A stretch of 64,000 bases of DNA from Eutreptiella sp. 'Long Island Sound 2002' (Eukaryota > Protista > Euglenida): NCBI GenBank assembly GCA_964036045.1, contig OZ038378.1:3906001-3970000 (forward strand), given 5' to 3'. The notes under the pieces were generated by a model. That model was not told the DNA's origin. It saw only the letters and a list, made by a program, of their open reading frames with translations, and searched no databases. Below, piece by piece: positions 1 through 12,829 of the stretch. A program made the translations under genes and the position numbers. How positions within the stretch are numbered: the first letter of the stretch is position 1; every line of letters begins with the position of its first letter.

Positions 1-3000
1 ACAGATCTCTGGATTCACCACTCGCAGCAAAGAGATCTGTCCCTTGTGGTCAACCGCGTTGCGGGAGATGAGGAAGCTATGGCGCAGCTGCAGACATTTT
101 TGACAAACCAATTCAGCAGCTACCAAATATGGAAGAATTTGTTGCTCCGCACAGGCCTTGAAGTCCTCCTCCTGTCCTATGTGGGGGTCTACCAGAGCAC
201 TGTAGTTGCCATGATCCTGGTTTCTGCAGTCCTGTGCACCATATTTTCATGGAGCCCCCTAATCCCTTTGTGGGCAGCCGTGAAAGGGTCAATGGTGGTG
301 GTGGTGGTTATAGTTTGGGTGCTGCTGGTTGGCAGGTTGTGGACCAAAAGCCGTCGCCATTCATTCCTCCTGGAACGATTCTTTGAGGAGGCATTAAAGG
401 TGGCAGTGAATGCCTCCCGACACGCAGACAGTATTCTTAACCATACGCTCAAGAACACCATGGCGGATGCTGCCAGCGATGTGGAGCTTTTCCTTGAAGG
501 TTTGGAGGCTGGAACAGGTGCCATCGACGAGACCCACCTGCAGAAGGCCGCTGCCTCGCTTTGGAGAGGCATGAGATCCTGCCGCAACCGTCAGGCGTAC
601 TTAAATTTGGTGGCAGGAAAGTACTGCATCGCCTTGCAAAGCACACATCTCACAAAATTCGTTGAGGAACTCACCGTTGGGCGCAATGTGCGGGTGGATG
701 TCCCCGATGAGGTGGTGTGCATCGACGAGCGCTTGTGCAATCTCATTCTTGACAACGCCCTCAGCAATGCGTTCAAGCATGGGCATCCCAAGCACCCAGA
801 CGTCCAGTTGTCAATCCAGGTGTCACAGTGTATCCCAAGCCCAGACAAAGCCCAACTCACCGCGACTGTCACCAATGTATCTCACCCAGCCAGGCCCGCT
901 GTCACCCCTGAGTATGTCGCAAAGGTGCTTGCGGGCGAGGCTCAGTTGGGTCCAACAACGTCGGCGATCTCGGACCGGATTGGCCTGCAACACTCTTTTA
1001 TGGCCGCGGAGACCATGGGTGCAGACCTGAAATTGACGCAAACTGGCCAACAAGTTGCGTTTGTCATACAGTTGGAGGTCGAGGTGGCTGATCATGTTCC
1101 TGCAAAGTCCAGCGCAGACTCTCACTCTGGGGCGGCGACGGTGGTCTTTCCTTGTGACTTGTGCATCTGCTGTATCGACGACTCTGAGGCGGCTCGGCGA
1201 TTGCTGCACCACCACCTGGTCACCCTGGCCAACACCAAGCAAGTGCACATGTTTGGTGCCAACGAGGTGCCCCTCCCCCTGCCCCAGGCTTTGCCCGTGC
1301 CCTTTCTACTGCCCCTGCTGCTTTTCCCCTGTGGCGTTGGAGCTGGGGGGCCCGTGTCAATGTGGGCCTTCTTTGTTTTGGTAACCGTTGTTCATCTTGG
1401 TCCCACCTGAATGCTGGGAACCCATTTCCTATCACCAGCTTTTGTCCATGGTTAACCACAGCCGCAGGGCCGTCCGAAAAAATGGCCTCGATTCTTAGTG
1501 TGTGATTGGGCAACCGCTGTGCCAGGGATTCCCCTCTGTCGACAGCTTGATTGATCTGGCCCGGTATTGCTCACTTGCTGCCCACTTGATGAGGCCCGCC
1601 TCCGTTTGTGGTACCGTTTGCTACCTTGTGATTCAAGTGGAATTGGTCCCTCATGTGTCGATGCGCAGATCGCCTTCTTTGTGTGGTCGGGCTTACCCGC
1701 TACCCCTGTGGAGACTCCCCCACAGGGATAGATATAATTTTCGCATCACTCAGGGTTGGGGGTCTGGGATGGGGGTGGGTGGAGGGTGGGTAGTGAATCG
1801 TGACATATCACGATATATACAAAGGTCCATAGTGGGAAATCCGCAGTTCCGAAAATATCGTGACGCCCAAAAGGCTCCGTGGTACTTTTTGGGGCCATGT
1901 GTGAACGTTGGTGTACTGTCATGTTGGTGACTGTGACATTGCGTTTTTGTGACAACCTCTGACAACCTTAGAACACCATCTGACCATCTGGCGGAAACGC
2001 CTTTTCCTCTTTTTGGAAGTATCTCAACTGATGGCTCCAGCTCAAGTGCCATCAGTAATTAGCGATAGTGAAAGCAGCAATAGTCGTGAAAGTGACCGCA
2101 ATGTTGGAGAGGGCAACAGTGAAATTGATTAACAAGCCTGGAACAGAAAAGCCTGTCTGCTGCAGTATGCAGTTGGTTTGCACTTATTACTTTGCCTTAC
2201 CGGATGTGTTAGATGCTTCGTGGCAGCCTGTGGAGCGAACCTGGGGCCAGTTTTTTTTGTGACGGTGGTTCGTCACAAGGGGGGGCGAAGGGGGACCCCA
2301 CCCCCCAATTATATCCATCCCTGCTTGCCCCCGCCCCCCCCCCCCACTGTGGAGTGCATTGCCTCTAGTTTGCATTTTTGCAGCACTGTCTGTCTGTTTT
2401 TTAATGAGGTCTCACCCCCCCTCACTGGACCGTCACTTGCCCCAAAATCCACGGCGCTGAAGACATTTTTTCCTCTGGAAGGGTCCGGTTTGGGTCCTCG
2501 CGCATGTTCCGAGGGGCGCAGACCATCATCTGGAGACTGTCCCTCCTGGGGGTTGGGGGGACCGTTGTGCGTTCTGGGGGGAGTCTCCACGGGCCCAGCA
2601 GGGTACTACTGAGTGTGTACCGTTGGACCCAGATGCCCCCCTTGTGCCCCTGCCAAGCTCGTACCCCCCTCCCCAGCCCCGTCTACACGTGGTTTGGGGA
2701 TAGGAAACGCTGCCCATGCCCGATGCCCAGTGTCGCTTCCAGGCCATTGCTTAGGCACCTTGAAGGGGGGAAGGGGCACCTGGCCAGCCCCGGCTGAAAC
2801 ACCAGTTGAGATACTTCCAAAAAGAGGAAAAGGCGTTTCCGCCAGATGGTCAGATGGTGTTCTAAGGTTGTCAGAGGTTGTCACAAAAACGCAATGTCAC
2901 AGTCACCAACATGACAGTACACCAACGTTCACACATGGCCCCAAAAAGTACCACGGAGCCTTTTGGGCGTCACGATATTTTCGGAACTGCGGATTTCCCA

Positions 3001-3913
3001 CTATGGACCTTTGTATATATCGTGATATGTCACGATTCACTACCCACCCTGAGAACCGTTCCTCAGGGGGACAGTGAAATGCTCCAAAAGGGCCCGAAAC
3101 TTGACGCCGATTTTTAGTTCAAAAAAATTTTCGGGGGCCTCTGACCCCCCCCCCCCCAGAGACTTGCTTTAATTTTCATTCCGACGGGGGGGGGGGGACC
3201 CTCCCCCCTGGACCCCCTACCCCCCTCCCCTGGACCCCCTCCCCCCTCCCCCCCCCCGCTCAAGCAAGTCCCTGCCCCCCCCCCCCCCCCACCCCCCCCT
3301 CTTGTGGTAGGGTTGATGGGCCATGGGCAAAAGTGGCAGAGGCTCGTGAGATGTGTGTGGGGGGAGGGTGCGTGGGGTGTTCATTCCCATCCAACACTCC
3401 AGTTTGACCTGTGCATGCGCCTACCATCAGGAAGAAGTCGAAGAGTTCAAGCGGACATCGCTTGCAACGGGGCATATTGCCATCCTGGACCAGCACCTGG
3501 AGTACGGAGGGAATTCAAACATCCTGGGCACCGACATCATTGCCGACCTGGTGGCGCAGGGTTTCACGGGGCTGGTCTGCATGCGGTCCGGGAACACCGC
3601 GGACGAGGACGTGGAGATGTACAAGGCAGCGGGCGCCCACTGCGTGTTCGGAAAGGACGTTCCCGTGAAGCAGATGATCGCGGAGTTGAAGGTGGCGTAC
3701 CACCAGCACATCGCGAAGCCGAAGGTGGCCAGCGAATCGGCGCTCCTGATTGAGGACGCCATTGAGGTCCAGAACAGCGACGCATACATTTTTGAAAGTC
3801 TACCCGGATCCCCCATGGCGATTGCCTCATCCTCCTCTCAGCCGTTGCAGCGTGCTGAAGGGGGCATTGAACAGCGATATCTGGCGCGTTATGGGCCCTC
3901 GGCGTTTCCGTGA
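1..3913 (+). CDS. Membrane-anchored hybrid sensor histidine kinase with C-terminal receiver domain (5' partial, 2 exons in window)
   Basis: Exon 1-1266 (frame 1 is open from base 1) ends GAG|gt; exon 3431-3913 follows ccatcag| in phase 0. Hydrophobic N-terminal segments, H-box-like ILNHTLKN, N-box LILDNALSNAFKHG and degenerate G2 DRIGLQ. The spliced receiver reads CIDDS...ILDQHL...MRSGN...FGKD, with the acidic pair, phospho-Asp, Ser and Lys in the expected order. Confidence 0.85.
1783..3050. mobile_element. Foldback/MITE-like element with 248-bp terminal inverted repeats in the kinase intron
   Basis: 1783-2030 is the reverse complement of 2803-3050; no mismatch seen by eye, and the ORF-track translations of both arms are identical. 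Termini AGGGTGGGTAGTGAATCG. No TSD found. Confidence 0.85.
3157..3274. mobile_element. 118-bp hAT-like mini-element inserted in a poly-C run
   Basis: TIRs CAGAGACTTGCTT (3157) and CAGGGACTTGCTT (reverse complement ending 3274), 12/13 identical. C runs on both sides are compatible with a C8 TSD. Confidence 0.55.
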
Positions 3914-5540
3914 GGCCAGGGCAGTCGTAGTCAACGTAGAATCGCCTTGAAGAGGGTTGTTCGATCAAGCCACGCGCGAGCGCCGTGTGCGCAGCATTCC
4001 CCAACTGCGAAATGGGATGTCTGGCCCCTTGTGCAATATCATTCTGGGAGACCAAATGATTACTTTTCGATTTTGCCCCTCAGCCCCCCCCCCCCCAAAA
4101 AAAGCGGGACCCGCTTTTTGGGTGGGTGACGGGTTGGGTTGGGGTGGGGGAGGGGTCAACAATGGAGAAGTTTGGGGCCACTTTTTTGACCTCGAAATGA
4201 TGAATTTTTGGACTTTTCGGACCCCCCCCCCCCCCCCCAACACTGTAGAATACAACTTTTGTGCGCATGCCACAGATCCCACCTGCCCGCTCTGACAACC
4301 CCCCCGCATACAGCACCGCGCAGGAGGCGCGAAGCTGCACATCAAGGAGCATCGGCAGTGTTGGGAATGCACTAGCGCGGAAAGCCCCCGCCCAAGCATT
4401 GTCCATGGTTTGACAATGGCAGGGGTTTCCCCGCCCCACTTGCTGTGATTAGCCTGCAGGGTCCCAGACCACTGTATGGAATTACACAGAAGCATCTGCA
4501 ACACAGACTCTGCGCACATGCATGTTTCTTTCCATATATGTTTTGCCAAGCTGAGCTCTTTTTTTTGCTGTACACAGAGCTGTCAGTTCAGGATTTCCAG
4601 GGGGATAATCACTCATGGGCACCAGAGCTGCCGATGCTGTTGCTATTCGACATGTGTGGCATGGTTGCATGTGCAGTGGTATGATATTGACTGCAGCAAC
4701 ACCCCCTGCAAGCCAGTTCCTGGCCAACACCATCCAGTCAGCCTCAACCGTCTTTTCAATCTGGATTGCCCACCCAGATTCAGTAAATGTCAACCCAAGC
4801 CAACCATAAATGGCGTCCAGCTACCTGACACCAATCCCCTCTGCGAGTTAAACTAAGCACCCTCCGGCCATCAGGGCCCTGTACATACCTACCGCAGGCC
4901 CGAATTCGGTGGTGACCTCACTTTCTGACTGATTTTGCGCCTGCCGTGGTCTTTTGTCATCAACAGGTCCTGAACTCCCCCCCCCCCCCCCCACTGCACG
5001 CAGACCCCCGACCAGCGACCCATATCAGCTCATTTGAGTCTTACATTCCCCTTGAGGCACTGAGCCTTTTTCACCAATCAGAATCAGATACATGCCCAGG
5101 AACCCACCGACACTTGTCTCGGGAGTGGGTAGCCTTCTTTTCTTTGTATGTTAACTTGCATGTGTACATACAAACAGTGGGAGTGGATTTGCTCAGGACT
5201 CCTGAGTCACCACGGTTCACACCTTTATCACTCACTGAAAGTGCACTCTTGTGAACTCAGGCGGGAGCACCGCCACGAACAAAAAAAAAATCCCCTCTTG
5301 ATGCCTAGACCCCCCCGCCCCCCATTCTGATTGGATTTTGAGGAGCAGGAGGAGTGTGGAGCTTGTGAGTTGGGAGCTCGAGTTCGGCAATGGACAGCGT
5401 TTCCTCCAGTTGAGGGAGTTTGTGTTCAGGGCTGGACAGCGGGCCCACAAGCCATCAATTACATGTTGAGCTGCTCGATGGGTATGACCCCAGTAGATGT
5501 CAGCAACTGGGAGGGATGTAAGCGCCAGCAGTGGTTGGAT

Positions 5541-5768
5541 GCAGCAACACGGTTTGCGGCGCCACAATAAGGTTTATGTTGGTGTGAGGTTGCAGCAACA
5601 CGGTTTGCGGCGCCACAATAAGGTTTATGTTGGTGTGAGGTTGCAGCAACACGGTTTGCGGCGCCACAATAAGGTTTATGTTGGTGTGAGGTTGCAGCAA
5701 CACTGTTTGCGGCGCCACAATAAGGTTTATGTTGGTGTGAGGTTGCAGCAACACGGTTTGCGGCGCCA
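5541..5768. repeat. 51-bp tandem repeat, about 4.5 copies
   Basis: Unit gcagcaacacggtttgcggcgccacaataaggtttatgttggtgtgaggtt starts at 5541, 5592, 5643, 5694 and 5745 (partial). One substitution, in copy 4. Confidence 0.95.
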
Positions 5769-6337
5769 CGATACACCCCCCCCCCCCCCATGCCAATGGC
5801 CCTCCCCTCTCGAAAGAAGAAACATGGCCCCCCTTGCTAATGGCCCCCCCCTCTTGAAAGAAGAAACATCCCCCCCCCCCCCCCCCCCTTTTGAGTTTTT
5901 TTCACCAAATTGCACACAAATTGCCCTTTTTTGCCGAGTTTCTTGAATGTGCAATGGCATGTGATGGGCACCATGGTGTCATGTGTTTGTTTTTTCAATG
6001 TAGATTTTCTTTTCTCGATGTTCCAAGTCTCGTTTGGAGCAGCCTGAGATTGTCTGGTCTTGCCTGCATTGCAACTCGGCCATGTTGGCCAGAGCCTATG
6101 TGCACAATTGCATGTTTCAGGGGAACCAAGGTCTCGGGTTTGAGGAAAGGACTACATGATGGCAGCTGGAGGAAATGTCTCACTCCTACCCCCCAGCCCC
6201 GCTTTCTTTTGTTGCCTTTCACACCCATGCCTGATGGTGTGATGCACCAGCTGCACCCCTTTCGAACTAATGGCTGAAAGTGTCTATGGCAGGGATATTC
6301 AGTCTATCAGAGCGGACCATTGATCCCCTAGTAAGTA

Positions 6338-7075
6338 CCCCCCCCCCCCCCCTTGTCGTTCCCCACCCCTTGTCGTTCCCCAGGGGGGGGGTGGAGGACC
6401 GTCACTTGGTCAACCCAAAAGTTTTCGTTGCGGCTCATTGTGTTGTTGTGTGGGTGACTGTGTTGTGGGGCACTGCCACTTGTATCCCTTGCACTCATGG
6501 CGGGACATTTTGCTTACTTTCGCTGAAATGGGACTTGACAGCACAACCATGTTTCCCCCTGTGACGGATGATGATAGTGACCTGAATTCTGACACGGAGG
6601 TTGTGTGGGTGAAGAGTGCCCGTGGTGGATGGGGTATGGGACACAGTTTTGGGAACAAGTTGTATTTTACAAGGGACATTCTCGAAGGGAAATGGGTTCC
6701 CCAAAATCTGCTTGCGCCTGCCAAGCCTCCTACCAAGAAGGCAAAACCACCACCCAAGAGTGCTGCCCAAAGCATTCCAGTGGAAAGTGGAGAGCATGTG
6801 CAAGAGTTCAAGGTGAGTGGAGCAGGACCAAGAAATTTTAGACCGTCTAGGTCAAGGAGTAGGTCTCCGTACATTGGCAGCCCTTTGAACGTATCTTATG
6901 CTGAATTCTTTCGTTTTATGCTGCAATTTCTGTGCCTGCAAATGTGCGTGTACAGTGGTAGTGCGGTCCCCCGGGGGGGGGGGGGGGTTCACTTGGTGAC
7001 CGTCCCCCAGGGGGTGGTGGGGGACCGTCCCACTTGTCGTTCCCTGGGGTGGGGAACGACAAGGGGCGGGGGGGG
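6338..7075. mobile_element. Non-autonomous TIR element with TA flanks (Tc1/mariner-type TSD) carrying a coding-like interior
   Basis: About 30-bp TIRs of the form Cn-TTGTCGTTCCCCACCCC at both ends. TA at 6336-6337 and 7076-7077. Internal ORF 6438-7115. Confidence 0.65.
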
Positions 7076-7099
7076 TACATGTGTAGACAGGCAAGCAGT

Positions 7100-7255
7100 G
7101 TGTTCTGGTTGCTGAGTGGGGACCTCTTTTCAGACGCAGAGTGGTCCAGCCATGTTGTTACTGCTCATTTCTTCTGCAGTGCATTGTGCCACCCAGCTGC
7201 CCCTGCTTTGCTGCAGTGTTTGACAGCCATAGTGATCAACTCCTGGGAGCTTTGC
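7100..7255 (+). repeat. Dispersed repeat (second copy at about 9678-9825, further duplicated at about 9945-10150)
   Basis: gttgctgagtggggacctcttttcagacgcagag...ctgctcatttcttctgca...gccatagt.atcaactcctggga recurs at 7108 and 9679. The internal segment is repeated again from about 9950. Confidence 0.8.
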
Positions 7256-8369
7256 AAAGCAGAGCGATGGAACCAATGCACATCAAATCAGCATAGATGC
7301 ACCAGAAGAAAAGAATCCACTGCTGTCTATACACCACAATAATTGTTTATTCCACGGCGGTAACGGTGCGCGCGACCTGAAAAATCTTGCAACATTCGCT
7401 GGAGGCTGCAGGATTGCAAATAGTCTACAGTTTTTAAGAAAACTGAGTCGCTTCTGCAAACAGTATAACACACGCGCCTAAGCAATAGCTACTGCTCCAT
7501 GGTGTTTACAGTGCAGCCTCCCTCCCACCCAACCTTTCGGCTTGACTCAGAGATAAGTCTTCATTCACCACATGTTTACGTAACACAGTCCATCTGTCAT
7601 TCCAGCGAATCATCTGCCGTGTCAGGACCTCCGGCGGGTAATGCAGGCGTCCGGTAGCCCATTGTAAACGCTGACAGCAGGGTTCAAAATAGCACTGGTG
7701 GGAACAGATTCGTGCATACGTTATTGTTTCGGCTCTCACCCAACCTAGTTTTACATGCCTGGGCTGGTTAGCAAGCCAGGGCAGGTACGCAGCCCCATGA
7801 CTCGGCTTCTAGTACACTGAAGTGTGCAGGGGCCTTAGGCACAGGATATAGATGTCGAGAAACGGGACCCTCCCCTCAGCATGCAGGACCTCCATGGTAA
7901 ATGGCACAACCCATCATCCAGATATCTCATCGGCAACACATTAGGCGGTATGGGTGTGCGGCGTTCGTACATGCGTAGGACTAACTGTGCCCATGGTGGG
8001 GCACAGTTTGTCCCCATTGGGTTTTGGGCGGGGGTTTTTTACTACATTTCGGGGGGGTTTTTTTGGTACATTTAGGGGTTTTTTTTCGTGCATTTTGGGG
8101 GTCCAAGCTTTGTTTTAAGATGCGAAATCTTATTTTTTTTGCATAAAAAAATATTTCGCGCTAAAAAAAAGATTTCGCGCTAAAACAAAAGATTCTGTGC
8201 TTAAAAAAAAGATTCCATGCCCAAAAAAAAGATTCTGTGCTAAAAAAGATTTTTACATGATCATCATGTATGTCTCAAGAAGTTGCACGGGGAGGGGGGG
8301 GTTACAACGAGTGCTACTGCACCAAGCCAACCCATGAGAGGCAATGCCTGTATTTTGCGTAGTAGGTTA

Positions 8370-8900
8370 TTCTACCACTTTAGCCAGAGCCCATGTTCAC
8401 AATTTCATACTTTGGGGGAACCTGGGTTTCGGGACTCACCCAATATGCACCCAGTGGCCCTCTTTCCTGGTTGCCCAGTGCATGCGGTGAGGAGGTACCA
8501 TGTGCGGAGATGTCATGAAAGTGGAAGGTTTTGGGTGCATTACGCAGAACTTGTGTTTCGAAACATGGGTGTCCCTTTGGAGCTAGGAGACGTATGCAGA
8601 GAGTTCATCGGAGAGGATCACAATAATGTCTGAATGTTGTAAAGTAGGGTACTCAGCCACTTTGGCCAGAGCCCATGTGCACAATTTCATCTGCTCAGAG
8701 AATAGAGGTTTTCCCTCGCTGGGGGACCTATGCAGAGAGGTCATTTGAACGGATCATAGGTAATGCCTGGATTTTGTAAAGTAGGGCACTCAGCCATGTT
8801 GGCCAGAGCCCAGGGGTACAAATTCAAGTTTTAGCGGAACCAACATCTCAAGATCGAGGAAGGGACTACATGTTGGCAGCTGGAGCAAATGTCTCACTCC
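8370..8900 (+). repeat. Degenerate tandem/dispersed repeat (related copy at about 6075-6200)
   Basis: Motif (t/g)gccagagccc(a)tgt..acaattt at about 8380, 8665, 8800 and 6085. The segment ggactacatg.tggcagctggag.aaatgtctcactcctacccc is shared between 6150 and 8865. Confidence 0.7.
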
Positions 8901-11900
8901 TACCCCACTGCCCCCTTTTCCTTCTTTCTTTTCACAGACATGCCTGACGATTTGTTGCACTGACTGCCCCCTTTTCACTCCAGTGTTTACAACCCATGCC
9001 TACCAAGTGTGCTTGTAGGACAGATGCAAATGTGCCAGTGGCCGAATTGGGCGATGCTCTCCAAAGTGCTGCTGTTGCAATGTACCCACAGTGCCCAACT
9101 ATTTGCACAACATGTTTCCACATCATCCTGAAAAGCACCCTGCCTGCTCCAAAACTGACGCCGAGTGTACCGGCTGAAGACGTAACGCATCTCCCCACTG
9201 TCCCCGCAGCCTTGCTACTGGTCATGCCCCTTCCGGTTCGCTAGACAACGGTTCCACTCCCGATTCAGCAAACAACAGTTCGACCACGGTTGAAGGCCCA
9301 GATGTAGATTTTGCACTTTTGCACCGACAAGTCTTCGCAGCTTGCAAGCTAGCCAGTCATGCCACTCACACAGTGCATGCGCGTGCTGTGTCCATTCTTG
9401 GTAGGCAATCCGTGTACGCATGTTCTTGTGAGGGTAGTGACACCAAGCGGTAGATGCGACATGACCAGGTGGCTGGGCGCTGGACCATCAAGCAAATCGG
9501 CCTTTGTGAGCATGGGCCTAATTCGTCATATTTGGAGGGTAAGTCTCTCCATTTGCCGTTGCACATGACCCTAAAGCTCAAGGATCTTTTGCAGGGCAAC
9601 TGGTATGTGGTCAGTACATGGAAAAAAAATGACAGTGATCTCCACTGTTTGCCTGTCCACACAAGTAGTGTGTCATAGTTGCTGAGTGGGGACCTCTTTT
9701 CAGACGCAGAGTGATCCAGCCAGGTGTTTTCTGCTCATTTCTTCTGCAATGCAACGTGCCACCCACCTTCTTGTGCACTGATGCAGTGTCTGACGGCCAT
9801 AGTCATCAACTCCTGGGACATTTGCATCCCAACACATCCGTTCTTGCATTGTATGTTCATTTTCTGGAGCTTTGGCAGTTTGCCCAGTCAGTCCCAAGTT
9901 CCAGATTCCTTGCTCAGACTTTGTTCAGAGGTAGGTTTTTTCACGGGTTTTTCTGCTCATTTCTTCTGCAGTGCATTGTGCCACCCATGTGCCTGTGCTG
10001 CAGTGTCTGCCAGTGATAGTGATAGTGATCAACTCCTGAGAACCCTGCAGTCAACACATCCGTTCCTGCATTATATGCTCGTTTTTTGCAGCTTTTGTTG
10101 TCTACCCAGTCAGTCCCAACGTTCAGATTCCTTGCTGAGACTTTGTTTAGAGGCATTAGTCGGTGCACAAAGACGAGTGGTAGTGCCTCGCAGAGGTTGT
10201 TTTCAAGCACTACTCAGTGGGTGCATAATTTTGCTAATAATCTCATGCTCAAGTTTTGCTCTATCCAAATATCTTCAGATGGTGGTCAACATTGGCAGAC
10301 CAAGGTGCACAAAGGGAGGGATGCTGGTTCTGTATTTGTTTGGCATGTCCAAAAACCCACGGCATTTTTAGCCCTTCTCCACAAGGAAGGCGTCTTGTGC
10401 ATCATTTGCACAGTGGCAGATCCCGACGCCATCAATTGGGTTGCATCATCTTTGCGTAATGTAGTGTGTACTACAACAGCACATTTTGCAAGTGCTCAGC
10501 CATCTGCTCCGGTCTTGTTGGCATTCTTTGTTATTCTTTGCTTTGTGCCTTGTTTTTCAGGGTTTGCTAAAGAATGTGGATGATTGATCCGGTGCGGTGC
10601 CCCTAGGAACTGCATTCCTGCCTCCATTCCCCACTCATTTTTTGGCCATTTTTGCCATGTTTTAGCTGATTTCACGTAGATTTTAGCTTTGAGTTAAAAT
10701 TTAGCATCTTCTTTAAATTTTAGCGCATATAAAAAAAGATTTCGCATGTAAGAAAAATCCCCATTTGGGGGTCCACATTTGGGGGGGGGGGGAGGTTCGT
10801 GCATTTTGGGCTGCTGCTCAAAACCATAACACTTTGAACGTTCTGATGAGAATTTTGCGGGTGTTCAAGAAGTTGTAGCGTGGTGGCAGACGAAGTTCCA
10901 ATGCCGGCCCGGTTCTTTACCAAAGACATACCTAGTGACAATGCACCTTCTTTAGAGAGCACCAACCCCGTTGCAGCACATGAATAGTACCCGCTTTCGC
11001 ATGTGGATCTATCAGATTCTGGTGCCTTTCCAATGCTCCCAAATTGCTCATGGTCAATTGAAAAGTGACCAAGAATTGAGCTTAAAGCTGTAAGGAAGAA
11101 AACAAACATATTTTGAATGTTTTGTACTTCGCTCAAACTTCACACACACGTCAAACTCAAACTTCTATTCTTAATTTTTTTAGCGGTTTTTTGGTGTAAA
11201 CTGTTTTTATTAAAAACCACAAGACCAACCATCATCCTGGAAACCTAGGGCTTTGTTTGTGTTTCGTGGCCGAAATCTGGCTACATAACCCCTGCCTTCG
11301 TGGGAGTTCCCCAAACTCTGTCAGTTTCTGGTTTTCTAGTGATGTCGGGGTGTGTACAAAAAAAATCGTCTCAGCATTTAATTCCTTTGCGCTGTCGATT
11401 ACACTCAGTGTCAATTATACGCTGGCAGCAAAAACAAAAAAATTACACGATGCAACAATTTTTTTCCAAACATGCTGACGGCAAAAAAAAATACACAACT
11501 TACAACAAACACTGTTGCTTGTCACAAAAAAGTGTTTAAAATTGTGCAGGAATTCAAAAAGCTGCTTGACTAAACTTTGAATCAACTCAGACTATCAACT
11601 GAGTCTCGGGAAAACCTTGTGCTTCTTCTTGTAGCGGCACACTGAGCTGTTTCCTTCAACAATGGCTGCAACACTAGGTGGATGCCATCAGTATTACAGA
11701 AAAAATACAGCTCAGTCTAGCCCATATTCATACGTGACCCTGATCCTTTAAACACTGAACAAGGCACCAAAGAGATTGAAAATTTGAACGACAATGACAG
11801 TGGGACTGAGACTTGTGGACCCCCTTTCGGCCGGCTCGCACCAGTCACAAAGCCCTTGGATCAGACAAGCGCTGTGGCAATGACTGCAAGAAAAATTCGT

Positions 11901-12829
11901 GACCATTGATAATCTGCACTGCGACCCTGAAAACACTGTGGTGAACCTTGGGGTGGGCTAAGGTCACTGGCTGTCCCAACCTATGACCGCAGATCACCCC
12001 TTAACTGTTTGGTCACCTGCATTCCGGCCTCACACTTGGGACCCCTGCACAAGCTCCAATCAAATCTCTGCATCTACACAGCGTGCAGGGCAAAATCAGG
12101 CGCGTAGTGTACATCTACCTACCTACTGCAAAATGGTGGAAGGTCAGCAGGAGCCAGGGTCACGCGCGCTGATGGGCCACACCCCACCATATATAGTGAG
12201 TGGGGGGGCCTGACAGCATATACATAATTTACAGTTTGTGCTTGCTGTCCAAGGAAAGCTGAACAGTTGGAATGAGAGGGCGATGTAGAGGATTTTTTGC
12301 CAAGGCTGCAACAGCATGTGGCACTAAGAGGGAGGGCATTTGCCCAGAAATGGAAGGGAAACCAACACTCAGCACAAACCATTAAGAAGAATGAAAGGGG
12401 GGGCCTGACAAAAAAATGCCTCCTTAGGCTAGGTCAGAGATATGCATATCAAAATGAAACCCTTAGAATATGTCTGCAAAAATTCGCAGGATGTACACCA
12501 CTTCAGCGCTCTGCTCGTAATTTTTGGGTCCGATGGGGTGCGATAGTTTGGCCTGTAGCTTCGGTGTCCAGACGCCATGCAACTGTCCTCGTGGGGCAAG
12601 CGCTGGTGGTGCTCCCACATGGACATGTCCATAGATAATTCTCATTGCGAGGGAAATGGGCCTGCAGAAGCAAACAGGCAGATCCCAGGTTGTTGGCTGA
12701 TTGAACAGCAGCATCAGGAGCAGCAGCGGCAGAAGGCAAAACATCAGCGTTGGCCTGAGCACCATTGGACCACTGCTGTGTTTTTGATTTGCTACGTAAC
12801 ATTTCCAGGAGAACAAAGCAGGCAATACT

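Noticed and set aside
1267-1410. Hydrophobic C-terminal tail of ORF 46-1410
   Set aside because: This is intron read-through. Splicing at 1266/3431 completes the receiver domain.
5541-5768. CRISPR-like array
   Set aside because: The units are contiguous with no unique spacers, there are no cas genes, and the context is eukaryotic.
8996-9244. MULE transposase-like fragment (DALQSAAVAMYPQCPTICTTCFHII)
   Set aside because: The C-x2-H spacing is wrong and no flanking DDE motifs are visible, so it is too weak to call.
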